A stretch of DNA of 64,000 bases from an uncultured Actinomycetes bacterium (GCA_963704725.1 OY969934.1:2016001-2080000), one strand, 5' to 3'. Numbered from the stretch's first letter, positions 33,056-41,915 are shown. Program-made: numbers and translations. The notes: generated by a model from the sequence alone, not told the origin.

Positions 33056-34501
33056 TCAGCCCGGCGGCCTGGGCCCGCCCGACGGCACGTCCAGGACGAA
33101 CGACAGCGTCCCGTCCTGCACGTGGACGGACGCGGTGCCGCCCTGCGACGTGGCCACGCCGAGGGCGACGAACAGCCCGATCTTGCTTCCGGCCCCCGTC
33201 CCGGGGGGGCGCGGACGGAACAGCCGCTCCGCATCGGCTTGCGACAGATCGGTCCCGTGCCGGGAGGTGACGAGCACGAAGCGGCCCTGTTGCACGGAGC
33301 CCTCGACCTCCACAGGCCCGTCGCTCGTCCACCACACGAGCGACTCGACGAAGGCCTCGAGGATCATCCGCAGCCGCTCGGGGTCGGCGAAGACCTCGAG
33401 GGCCTCCCCCCGCCACAGCACGGGCGGGTGATCTGGGTCGCGACGCAGGGACTCCGCCGTGCTCCCCACGAGCGCCGCGACGTCCACGCGCTCGGGGTAC
33501 AGGTCGAGCGACCCGGCCGCCAGGCGGGCGGCGTCGACGAGCTGGCGCAGGATGCCGTTGAGCCGGTCGGTGTCGTACACGATCCCGGCCAGCATCAGCT
33601 CGCGCTGCTCGTCGGTCATCTGCTCCCACCGGTTCGCGAGGGCGTGCCCGAACCCCTTCATCGCCGTGAGCGGCGAGCGGATGTCGTGCGCCGCCGCCGC
33701 GATCACCGTCTCGAGCACCGCGCGCCGCCCCTGGCGGCGCTGGCGGGCCCACTCGAACAGGCACACGGTGGCGGCCGCGGCCAGGTTGAGCGACTCGGCC
33801 GCGCCCTCGATCGGCACGCGAACGGTGGCGTCGGCGAGCCGGCTGACGTCGGTGGGCAGCCCCCAGGCCTCGTTGCCGAACAGGAAGGCCACGGGGTCTG
33901 CGAGGTCGAGCTCGTACAGGTCGGCGTCGCCGTGGGCGTCCATGGCCAGGACCCGGAACCCCCGGTCCTTCAGCTCCCGAGTGGCGGCTGCCGTGTCCGC
34001 GCCCCGGACGACGGGGACGTGGAAGAGCGAGCCGGCCGAGGCCCGGACGGTCTTCGGGTTGTAGACGTCTACGGAATCGGCGCTGAAGACCACGGCGCCC
34101 GCGCCGATCGCGTCCGCGGATCGAAGTATCGTCCCGGCGTTGCCGGGATCGCGGACCGAATGCAGCAGGGCGACGCATCCCGTCTCGAGCTCGAGCGACT
34201 CCAGACCGGCGTCGAGGTACCCGGCCACGCCGACCAGCCCCTGCGGCGTGACGGTCGAGGTGAGCTTGCCCATCACGTCCTCGCTCACCTCGATGAGCTC
34301 GACGCCCCCCTCCCGAGCCCGGTCCAGGAGCGGGTGCGGGCGGTCGGTGTGGTAGAGGCCGAGCAGCCCGGCGGGGTGCCCGAGCGCCTCCCCCACCCCC
34401 TGGGCGCCCTCCACGAGGAACCGCCGCTCGCCGTCCCGGAACGACCGCTTCTTCAGCTTGAGGACAACCGCCACGCGCTCGTTCCGCGTCGACGTGATCA
34501 C
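33056..34501 (-). CDS. TrmH/SpoU RNA methyltransferase fused to HisKA plus degenerate HATPase domains
   Basis: DPGNAGTILRSA, FGNEAWGL, AESLNLA, then directly HDIRSPLT and a kinase-like C-terminus in one open frame. Confidence 0.9.
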   Translation of the reverse strand: MITSTRNERVAVVLKLKKRSFRDGERRFLVEGAQGVGEALGHPAGLLGLYHTDRPHPLLDRAREGGVELIEVSEDVMGKLTSTVTPQGLVGVAGYLDAGLESLELETGCVALLHSVRDPGNAGTILRSADAIGAGAVVFSADSVDVYNPKTVRASAGSLFHVPVVRGADTAAATRELKDRGFRVLAMDAHGDADLYELDLADPVAFLFGNEAWGLPTDVSRLADATVRVPIEGAAESLNLAAAATVCLFEWARQRRQGRRAVLETVIAAAAHDIRSPLTAMKGFGHALANRWEQMTDEQRELMLAGIVYDTDRLNGILRQLVDAARLAAGSLDLYPERVDVAALVGSTAESLRRDPDHPPVLWRGEALEVFADPERLRMILEAFVESLVWWTSDGPVEVEGSVQQGRFVLVTSRHGTDLSQADAERLFRPRPPGTGAGSKIGLFVALGVATSQGGTASVHVQDGTLSFVLDVPSGGPRPPG

Positions 34502-34553
34502 GCGGGCCCCCGAGGGACGTCGAAACCGGTTCGGGGGCGACCGCCCCGGCGGC

Positions 34554-34913
34554 TCACGAAGCCAGCGCGTCCTTGGCGGTCTGCGCGAGCTGTCCGAAGG
34601 CGCCCGGGTCGTGCACCGCCAGGTCCGCGAGGATCTTCCGGTCGACCTCGACACCCGCCTTCTGCAGGCCGTGGATCATCCGCGAGTAGGACAGGCCGTT
34701 CTGGCGGGCGCCGGCCCCGATCCGCGCGATCCACAGCCGGCGGAACTGGCCCTTGCGGTCTCGCCGGTCCCGGTACGCGTACTGGCCGGAGTGGAGCAGC
34801 TGCTCCTTGGCCACCCGGTACCGGCGCGAGCGCGACCCGAAGTAGCCCTTGGCCTGTCGCAGCACCTCGCGGCGCTTCTTCTTGGCGTGGACGGAGCGCT
34901 TGACCCGTGCCAT
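34554..34913 (-). CDS. rplT: 50S ribosomal protein L20
   Basis: [31 protein letters not shown]. Confidence 0.98.
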   Translation of the reverse strand: MARVKRSVHAKKKRREVLRQAKGYFGSRSRRYRVAKEQLLHSGQYAYRDRRDRKGQFRRLWIARIGAGARQNGLSYSRMIHGLQKAGVEVDRKILADLAVHDPGAFGQLAQTAKDALAS

Positions 34914-34919
34914 CCCCGC

Positions 34920-35108
34920 CTACTTCCCCAGCAGCCGGCGGATGTTGGTGCGCTCGGCCGTGACCTCGGCCATGCCCTCCACGCGACGTCGCCGACTGCC
35001 GCTCTTCTTCGTGAGGAAGTGGTTCCCCGTCGCCTTTCGGTGCAGGATCTTCCCCGTTCGGGTGATCCGGAAGCGCTTGGCGCTCGCCCGGTGCGTCTTC
35101 TGCTTCAT
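34920..35108 (-). CDS. rpmI: 50S ribosomal protein L35
   Basis: KTHRASAKRFRITRTGK; between infC and rplT. Confidence 0.97.
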   Translation of the reverse strand: MKQKTHRASAKRFRITRTGKILHRKATGNHFLTKKSGSRRRRVEGMAEVTAERTNIRRLLGK

Positions 35109-35157
35109 CGATCCGTCCTCGCTGTCGACTCCGACGCCGGTGTGCGGCGGTTCGTGC

Positions 35158-35766
35158 TCAGGCGCCCTGTGATTCGACCGGGGCCGCCGCGGGCGGCGCC
35201 TCGGATCGGGCCGGGCTCGCGTTCGGCGAGGGCGCCTCCACCCGGTGCTCGGTCGGCTTCTTGCTCGGCGCGATCACCATGACCATGTTGCGCCCGTCCT
35301 GCTTGGGCTGCGCCTCGACGACCGCGACCCCGCTCAGGTCCTGCACCAACCGGTCGAGGATCTTGCGGCCGAGGTCCGTGTGGGCCATCTCGCGACCGCG
35401 GAACATGATCGTGACCTTGACCCGCGCACCCGCCGAAAGGAACCGCACGACGTGACCCTTCTTCGTGGCGTAGTCGTGCGGATCGATCTTCGGGCGGAAC
35501 TTGATCTCCTTGACCTCGATCCTGGCCTGCTTCTTGCGGGCCTCCTTCTGGCGGATGTCGCGCTCGTACTTGTACTTCCCGTAGTCCATGATCCTGGCCA
35601 CGGGGGGATTCGCCTGCGGCGCCACCTCCACCAGATCGAGGTCGAGCTCCTGGGCTTGCCGGAGCGCCTCCTGCGTGGAGACGATCCCGATCTGCGACCC
35701 GTCGGCACCCACCAGCCGCACCTGCGGCGAGCGGATCCGGTCGTTTATGCGCGGATCAGCCGAGAC
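35158..35766 (-). CDS. infC: Translation initiation factor IF-3 (non-canonical start, probably GTC)
   Basis: PRINDRIR, LDLVEV, MDYGKYKY, KEIKFRP, MFRGRE. Confidence 0.96.
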   Translation of the reverse strand, partial: VSADPRINDRIRSPQVRLVGADGSQIGIVSTQEALRQAQELDLDLVEVAPQANPPVARIMDYGKYKYERDIRQKEARKKQARIEVKEIKFRPKIDPHDYATKKGHVVRFLSAGARVKVTIMFRGREMAHTDLGRKILDRLVQDLSGVAVVEAQPKQDGRNMVMVIAPSKKPTEHRVEAPSPNASPARSEAPPAAAPVESQGA

Positions 35767-35774
35767 CCCGCATC

Positions 35775-35842
35775 ACCTCCCTACCGAGACAAAGGCACCG
35801 GCCGTCCGCCGGTGCCGAGGGTGGAGCACGGTGAACCGTTCC
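35775..35842 (-). promoter_or_regulatory. Structured infC leader (candidate L20-responsive element)
   Basis: ACGG-TTCA-CCGT hairpin, CTCCACC, 9-bp stem GGCACCGGC/GCCGGTGCC followed by TTTGT, then SD. Confidence 0.45.
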
Positions 35843-35847
35843 CGGGG

Positions 35848-35877
35848 AGTATAGGTGCAGGCTGGGGGCGGTGTCGA
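35848..35877 (-). promoter_or_regulatory. Promoter of the infC operon
   Basis: TCGACA-18 nt-TATACT. Confidence 0.65.
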
Positions 35878-35904
35878 CGGGATGCGCATCCCCGAGCGCG
35901 GCGC

Positions 35905-36108
35905 TTACAGGGGCCGGACGTTGGCCGCCTGCTTGCCCTTCGGGCCGTCCACCACGTCGAATTCGACGGACTGCCCCTCGGTGAGCGACCGGTACCCCTC
36001 CCCCGAGATCGCGGAGAAGTGGACGAACACGTCCTCCGCGCCCTCCCGCGAGATGAACCCGTAGCCCTTCTCGTTGCTGAACCACTTCACGGTGCCCTGC
36101 TCGGCCAA
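35905..36108 (-). CDS. Cold-shock protein
   Basis: GTVKWF, KGYGFI, DVFVHFS; TTG start with GGAGG SD. Confidence 0.96.
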   Translation of the reverse strand: MAEQGTVKWFSNEKGYGFISREGAEDVFVHFSAISGEGYRSLTEGQSVEFDVVDGPKGKQAANVRPL

Positions 36109-36197
36109 CGGTTCCTCCAGGTACGTGAGCGGCGCGGAGCCTAGCACGAGGGTGCCCGCGGCTCAACGCGGGCCGCCGGGCCAGGAGCGGACGGCGA

Positions 36198-36548
36198 TCA
36201 CCAGTCGGGCTCGAGGGGGCGGCCGTAGTCGTCCTGCAGGCGCAGGGTGTCGTCTTCCGTCGTGTAGCCGTAGGCGATCTCCAGGACGCGCCCCCGGGCC
36301 CCGCCGCCGTTGGCGATGCGGTGGGTCGTCTCGGCCGAGACCATGAACTCCTCCCCCGGCGCGGCCTCGACCGTCTTGTTGCCGATCTGCACCGTGAGCC
36401 CGGGGTCGAGCACCACCCACATCTCGTCCCGCATCTGGTGGTAGTGGACGCTCGTCTCCTGCGCCGGCTCCACCGTGATCACCCGGACGGAGCTCGGCTG
36501 GTTGAGCGCGTACGTGACCACCTTGCCCCACGGCTTGTCGACGATCAT
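36198..36548 (-). CDS. Cupin, phosphomannose-isomerase type II C-terminal-like
   Basis: KPWG, SVHYHQMRDEMW, HRI, LEI, RLQDDYGR; ATGA overlap with ribH. Confidence 0.85.
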   Translation of the reverse strand: MIVDKPWGKVVTYALNQPSSVRVITVEPAQETSVHYHQMRDEMWVVLDPGLTVQIGNKTVEAAPGEEFMVSAETTHRIANGGGARGRVLEIAYGYTTEDDTLRLQDDYGRPLEPDW

Positions 36549-37030
36549 CGACCCTCCTGTTCGGTCCCCTTCGGCAGCTGCTCGAGGACCGAGGACGTCT
36601 CCATGGCCGCCATCGCCGCGTCCCATCCCTTGTTGCCGTGCTTGCCCCCGGCCCGGTCCATGGCCTGGTCGAAGGTGTCGGTCGTGAGCACGCCGAAGAT
36701 GACCGGCACGCCCGTGACCTCGGCCGCCGCGCGGATCCCGCTCGCGGCCTCGCCGGCCACGTAGTCGAAGTGCGCGGTCTCGCCCCGGATCACCGCGCCG
36801 AGGCAGATCACGGCGTCGATGCCCGACGCGGCCAGGCGCCGGGCCACCAGCGGCAGCTCGAACGCACCGGGGACCCACGCCACGAGGAGGTCGTCCTCGG
36901 CCACGCCGTGGGCCCGCAGGCAGGCGAGCGCCCCCTCGAGGAGCTTCGCCGTGACGATCTCGTTGAACCGGGACACGACGAGCGCGAACCGCCGTCCCCG
37001 GGCCTGGAAGTCGCCCCGGATCTCGTTCAT
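36545..37030 (-). CDS. ribH: 6,7-dimethyl-8-ribityllumazine synthase
   Basis: SRFN, VPGAFELP, IRGETAHF, GNKG. Confidence 0.97.
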   Translation of the reverse strand: MNEIRGDFQARGRRFALVVSRFNEIVTAKLLEGALACLRAHGVAEDDLLVAWVPGAFELPLVARRLAASGIDAVICLGAVIRGETAHFDYVAGEAASGIRAAAEVTGVPVIFGVLTTDTFDQAMDRAGGKHGNKGWDAAMAAMETSSVLEQLPKGTEQEGR

Positions 37031-38322
37031 GGCGCGTCTGTCGCCAGCGTCCCGAGCCCGGCCGCCAGGTCCTCGGGGAGGTCACCATCCAGCTGGTGCA
37101 GGATGTGGCCCATCTTCTCCCGCTTCGTCCGCAGGTACTCGATGTTGCGGGGGTTCGGCCGAGTCTCGAGCGGCACCCGCTCCAGGATCGACAGCCCGTA
37201 GCCCTCCAGGCCCGCCCGCTTGGACGGGTTGTTCGTGAGCAGGCGCATCGTGCGGACGCCGAGGTCGCCGAGGACCTGCGCGCCGATCCCGTAGTCGCGG
37301 GGATCGGCCGGGAACCCCAGCTCGACGTTGGCCTCGACCGTGTCCCGCCCCTGCTCCTGGAGCCGATAGGCGCGGAACTTGTGAGTCAGGCCGATGGCCC
37401 GCCCCTCGTGCCCCCGGATGTACAGGACGACGCCGCGGCCCTCCTGGCCGATCCGCTCGACCGCGCGCTGCAACTGGTCGCCGCAGTCGCATCGCAGGGA
37501 GCCGAAGACGTCGCCGGTCAGGCACTCCGAATGGACGCGCACGAGGACCTCCTCGCCGTCCCCGATCTCGCCGAGCACGAGCGCCAGATGAACGTGGCCG
37601 TCGATCAGGCTCTCGTACGTGTAGGCCGTGAAGTCGCCGTGCTCGGTGGGGATGACGGCCTCGGCCGTGCGCCGCACGAGCTGCTCGCGGTGGCGCCGGT
37701 ACTCGATGAGATCGGCGATCGAGATGATCTTGAGACCGTGCCGCTGCGCCACCCGCACGAGCTCGGGCAGCCGCGCCATCGACCCGTCGGGATGGAGCAC
37801 CTCGCACAGGACGCCCGCCGGGTACAGCCCCGCCAGGCGGGCCAGGTCGACCGTGGCCTCGGTGTGGCCGGCCCGGCGCAGGACGCCGCCCTCCTGCGCC
37901 ATCAGCGGGAAGACGTGGCCGGGCATGCGGATGTCGCCCGGGACGAGCTCGGGGTCGGCGATCGCCCGCACCGTGGCGGCGCGATCGAACGCGCTCGTGC
38001 CGGTCGTGGTCCGGCCCTTGATGTCGATCGAGACGGCGAAGGCCGTTCCGTGGCTCTCGTTGTTCTTCGAGACCATGAGCGGGATCCGGAGCTCGTCCAG
38101 CCGCTGGGCGGTCACCGGCATGCACACGATGCCCCGACCGTTCGTCACCATGAAGTTGAGCCGCTCCGGGGTGGCCATCTCGGCCGCCATGATGAAGTCG
38201 CCCTCGTTCTCGCGATCGGCGTCGTCGACCACGATGACGATCTTGCCGTCGCGGATGTCCTGCACGGCCTCGTCGATCGTGGCGAACGTGGATCGATCCA
38301 CGTCGTCCTGGGTCCGACTCAT
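37027..38322 (-). CDS. ribBA: Bifunctional DHBP synthase / GTP cyclohydrolase II
   Basis: DRENEGD, PGHVFPL, GHTEA, RVHSECLTGD, RCDCG, LLTNNP. Confidence 0.97.
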   Translation of the reverse strand: MSRTQDDVDRSTFATIDEAVQDIRDGKIVIVVDDADRENEGDFIMAAEMATPERLNFMVTNGRGIVCMPVTAQRLDELRIPLMVSKNNESHGTAFAVSIDIKGRTTTGTSAFDRAATVRAIADPELVPGDIRMPGHVFPLMAQEGGVLRRAGHTEATVDLARLAGLYPAGVLCEVLHPDGSMARLPELVRVAQRHGLKIISIADLIEYRRHREQLVRRTAEAVIPTEHGDFTAYTYESLIDGHVHLALVLGEIGDGEEVLVRVHSECLTGDVFGSLRCDCGDQLQRAVERIGQEGRGVVLYIRGHEGRAIGLTHKFRAYRLQEQGRDTVEANVELGFPADPRDYGIGAQVLGDLGVRTMRLLTNNPSKRAGLEGYGLSILERVPLETRPNPRNIEYLRTKREKMGHILHQLDGDLPEDLAAGLGTLATDAP

Positions 38323-38906
38323 GACTCTCTCCCCTCGAGCAGCGCTTCCACGTACTTCGCGAACACGTCGACCTCCAGGTTCACCGGGTCGCCGGCGCGG
38401 GCCGACCCGAGCGTCGTCACCTCCAGCGTGTGCGGGATCACCGCCACCGAGAACGTCCCATCCTCGAGCGCGGCGACGGTGAGGCTGATCCCGTCGACGC
38501 ACACGGATCCCTTCTCCACCAGGTAGCGGCGGACCTCCGGGGGCACCGCCACCGTGAGCCAGGCGCCCCCGTCCTCGGTGGGACCCAGGGACCGGACCTC
38601 GCCGACGGCGTCGACGTGGCCCTGCACCAGGTGGCCGCCGAGCCGGCTCGACAGCGTGAGCGGTCGTTCCAGGTTGACCGGGTCGCCCGAGGACAGCCGG
38701 GCGAGCCCGGTGCGACGAAGTGTCTCCTCGGAAAGGTCGAACGCGAGGCGCTCCCGGGACCGTTCGACGACCGTCAGACAGACCCCGTTGACGGCGATCG
38801 ACGCCCCGACCTCGGCGTCAGAGCTCACCGTGTGGCAGCCCACGGCGAGGCGCGACGGGCCCACCTCCCGCACGACGCCGCGCTCCTCAACGATCCCGGT
38901 GAACAT
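38319..38906 (-). CDS. ribE: Riboflavin synthase alpha chain
   Basis: MFTGIVEE, NGVCLT, VNLER, GGHLVQGHVD, DGISLT. Confidence 0.97.
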   Translation of the reverse strand: MFTGIVEERGVVREVGPSRLAVGCHTVSSDAEVGASIAVNGVCLTVVERSRERLAFDLSEETLRRTGLARLSSGDPVNLERPLTLSSRLGGHLVQGHVDAVGEVRSLGPTEDGGAWLTVAVPPEVRRYLVEKGSVCVDGISLTVAALEDGTFSVAVIPHTLEVTTLGSARAGDPVNLEVDVFAKYVEALLEGRES

Positions 38907-39984
38907 CCGCCTCCACCTTCAGGTCCCCGCCCAGCAGGTCGAACGAGCGGATCCGCAGCGGCAGCGCCTCCTCGACGGGGGCGAACCCCCGTCCGCCCAG
39001 CACGGTCGGAGCATCGGTGCCGCCGATGAGCTTCGGCGCCAGGTAGACGACCACCTCGTCGACGATGCCCTCCTCCACCGCAGCCCACGCCAGGGTCGGC
39101 CCCCCCTCGAGCAGCACGCCCTGGACGTCCCGCTTGCCGAGATGGGCGGCGAGCTCGTCCAGGGGGACGCGCTGGGCCTGGCTCTGGAACTCGACGATCT
39201 CGGCCCCGGCGGCGGCCCACTCGTCCCGCCGGGCGGCGGGCGCGAGCTCCGTCGTCGCGACGAGCGTGGGCGCGGCGTCGTCGAACAGATCGCCGGTCCC
39301 CGGGACCCGGCCGCGCCCGTCCACGAGGACCCGAAGCGGAGGCCGGCCGGCATAGCCGGGCTCGCGGACCGTGAGCGACGGATCGTCGGTCGCGGCCGTG
39401 CCGGCGCCGACCACGATGGCGTCGGACCAGGCCCGCATGCGGTGCACGTCCGCGCGGGCGGCCTCTCCCGTCACCCATCGCGACGAGCCGTCCCGCGCCG
39501 CGACCTTCCCGTCGAGCGAGGCGGCGGCCTTCCACACGACGAACGGCAGCCCGGTGCGGACATGCTTGATGAAGGCCTTGTTCAGCCGGGCGGCGGCATC
39601 GGCGAGGACCCCCACGCGCACCTCGATCCCGGCACCCTCGAGCGTGCCGATCCCCCGCCCGTCCACGATGGGGTTGGGGTCGCGGATCGCCGCGACGACC
39701 CGGGCCACGCCCGCTCGCACGATCGCCTCCGAGCACGGCGGGGTTCGCCCGTGGTGGTCGCACGGCTCGAGCGACGTGAACAGGCTTGCGCCGCGGGCGT
39801 GGTCCCCGGCCTCGTTCAGCGCGACGACCTCGGCGTGGGGGCGACCGGGCCCCTCGTGCCATCCCTCGCCCACGATCCGGCCCTCGGAGACCACGACGGC
39901 CCCCACCAGGGGGTTCGGCGAGACGAGCCCCCGGCCGCGCTCGGCCAGGCCGATCGCTCGCTCCATGTACGCCTCGTCGGACAC
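38887..39984 (-). CDS. ribD: Riboflavin deaminase/reductase
   Basis: PNPLVG, HAE, LEPCxHxGRTPPC, SLDG, EGG. Confidence 0.97.
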   Translation of the reverse strand: MSDEAYMERAIGLAERGRGLVSPNPLVGAVVVSEGRIVGEGWHEGPGRPHAEVVALNEAGDHARGASLFTSLEPCDHHGRTPPCSEAIVRAGVARVVAAIRDPNPIVDGRGIGTLEGAGIEVRVGVLADAAARLNKAFIKHVRTGLPFVVWKAAASLDGKVAARDGSSRWVTGEAARADVHRMRAWSDAIVVGAGTAATDDPSLTVREPGYAGRPPLRVLVDGRGRVPGTGDLFDDAAPTLVATTELAPAARRDEWAAAGAEIVEFQSQAQRVPLDELAAHLGKRDVQGVLLEGGPTLAWAAVEEGIVDEVVVYLAPKLIGGTDAPTVLGGRGFAPVEEALPLRIRSFDLLGGDLKVEADVHRDR

Positions 39985-40028
39985 GTCACTCCGATCCCGA
40001 GGCGCGGGTGGGGAAAAGGGCAGGTGGC

Positions 40029-40057
40029 GGCAGCGGTGGGAAGCCCACGCCGCTGCC
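40029..40057 (-). terminator. Hairpin in riboswitch expression platform
   Basis: GGCAGCGG..GTGGG-CTT-CCCAC CGCTGCC between the aptamer and ribD; U-tract is not immediately adjacent. Confidence 0.5.
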
Positions 40058-40064
40058 GGCGCCG

Positions 40065-40192
40065 CCCGTCCTCTCCCATCCCGACTCTCACGGTCGGTCC
40101 CGGAATCTCACCGGATCCACCCCTGAGCGGCTCCCAGGGGGTCGCGGACTGTCACCGCCGGTGGGGAGTTGCACCCCGCCCCGAAGACAGGC
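40065..40192 (-). ncRNA. FMN riboswitch (RFN element)
   Basis: TCGGGGCGGGGTGCAACTCCCCACCGGCGGT...AGTCCGCGA...GATCCGGTGAGATTCCGGGACCGACCGT..AGTCGGGATGGGAGAG upstream of ribD; TATACT -10 at 40205-40210. Confidence 0.95.
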
Positions 40193-40280
40193 TTCTGACC
40201 TCGAAGTATACGAGCGAGGTCCAGAACCCGCCAGGCGTCGGGGCGGCGCCGGGCCTGCGAGCGAGCGTGGCCCGGATCGA

Positions 40281-41210
40281 TCAGACGATGCGGCGGTCGA
40301 CGGCGTAGGAGGAGCGCAGCTCCCGCTTCGCGAACTGCTTCATCTCGGTGGCGACGGCGACGGCCTCGCCGTAGTGGGCGAATCGGCGGACCTGCGTCGT
40401 GGCGATCCCCACCGACACGCCCGCCAGGGGCAGCTTCTGGAGCACGCCCTTGCGATCCTCGACCTCGACGTACCCGCGCTCCAGGTCCTCCGCCTCGTAG
40501 AACTCCCGGACCTCCTCGTCGAACCGCTCGACGATGCGCTTGGCCGCGTCCTCGGCGATGTCGGGCGGCACCACGGCCACGAAGTCGTCCCCGCCGACGT
40601 GTCCCACGAACCCGTCGGAGCCGGCGAACTCCACCACCGCGTCCTGGATGATGCGCGCGGTCGCCTGGATGAGCCGGTCGCCCCGCACGAACCCCTTCTG
40701 GTCGTTGTACGCCTTGAAGTTGTCGAGGTCGCAGTACAAGACGGCGAACGGGCGATCCTCCCGGACCTCCCGCTCGATCTCCTCCTGGATCCGGATGTTG
40801 CCGGGCAGGCCCGTGAGCGGCGACAGGTTGCGCATCTCCTTGGCCCGCCGGAGCGTGCCCTTCACCCGCGCGAGCAGCTCGATGGGGTCGAAGGGCTTGA
40901 TGATGTAGTCGTCGGCGCCGGCGGTCAGGCCGAGCACCTTGTCGGTGGACAGCGCCTTCGCCGTGAGCATGATGATCGACGTGTTCGACGTCTGCGGGTT
41001 GCGCCGCAACCGTTGTGCCACCTCGAACCCGTCGATCCGCGGCATCATGACGTCCAGCAGGACGAGGTCGGGGCGGAGCGTGGCCGCCTTCTCGAGCGCC
41101 TCCTCCCCGTCGGAGGCGACGGACACGTCATAGCCGGCGCTCCGCAGGTTGACCTCGACGAACCTCGCGATGTCCGGGTCGTCGTCGACGACGAGGATCG
41201 TCTCGGGCAT
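40281..41210 (-). CDS. Response regulator receiver plus GGDEF diguanylate cyclase
   Basis: VVDDD, LLDVMMP, LTA, KPF; PLTGLPG, DLDNFKAYND, GHVGGDDF. Confidence 0.93.
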   Translation of the reverse strand: MPETILVVDDDPDIARFVEVNLRSAGYDVSVASDGEEALEKAATLRPDLVLLDVMMPRIDGFEVAQRLRRNPQTSNTSIIMLTAKALSTDKVLGLTAGADDYIIKPFDPIELLARVKGTLRRAKEMRNLSPLTGLPGNIRIQEEIEREVREDRPFAVLYCDLDNFKAYNDQKGFVRGDRLIQATARIIQDAVVEFAGSDGFVGHVGGDDFVAVVPPDIAEDAAKRIVERFDEEVREFYEAEDLERGYVEVEDRKGVLQKLPLAGVSVGIATTQVRRFAHYGEAVAVATEMKQFAKRELRSSYAVDRRIV

Positions 41211-41866
41211 CAGGCCGGCTCCACGACGGCTTTGAGATCGCGCACCGCCGCCGCGACGTCGGGGGCCCCGAAGATGGCCGAGCCCGCCACGAGGACGGTG
41301 GCGCCGGCGTCGACGCACCGGCGGGCCGCGTCGAGGTCCACGCCGCCCTCGACCTCGACGTCGGCGCTCAGGCCCCGGCGCTCGAGCTCGGCCCGCACCG
41401 CGGCGATCCGCGGCAGGGCCTCGGGCATGAACGTGTCCCCGTTCCGGCCGGGGTGGACGCTCATCACGATCACGTCGTCGACGTCCTCGAGGCTCGGGAA
41501 CACGGTCTCGATCGGCGTCTGGGGGCCCACGGCCAGTCCGACGCCCATGCCGGCGCCCCTGGCCTTGGCGATCACCGGAGACGGGTCCGCCGCGGCCTCC
41601 ACGTGGAACCCGACCAGATCCGTCCCGGCCTCGGCGAGCTCGTCGAACACTGCCTCGGGCGACTCGACCATGAGGTGCGCGTGGAGCGTTCGGTCCGTGT
41701 GGGGGCGGAGCGAGGCCACGACTACGGGTCCGATCGTGAGCGGCGCGACGAAGTGGGCGTCCATGACGTCGACGTGGATCACGTCGACGTGCCGGTCGAC
41801 CGCCCCCACCTGGTCCGCGAGGCTCGCGAGATCCGCGGACAGGATCGAGGCCGAGAGTTTGCCCAT
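41210..41866 (-). CDS. rpe: Ribulose-phosphate 3-epimerase homolog, active site divergent
   Basis: SILSAD, HVDVMD, HLMV, FHVEA, VAGSAIF; follows rsmB. Confidence 0.88.
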   Translation of the reverse strand: MGKLSASILSADLASLADQVGAVDRHVDVIHVDVMDAHFVAPLTIGPVVVASLRPHTDRTLHAHLMVESPEAVFDELAEAGTDLVGFHVEAAADPSPVIAKARGAGMGVGLAVGPQTPIETVFPSLEDVDDVIVMSVHPGRNGDTFMPEALPRIAAVRAELERRGLSADVEVEGGVDLDAARRCVDAGATVLVAGSAIFGAPDVAAAVRDLKAVVEPA

Positions 41867-41915
41867 CGCGCGCGATTCTAGGCGCAAGGCCGGGCCGCGA
41901 CCCGCACATCCGACG

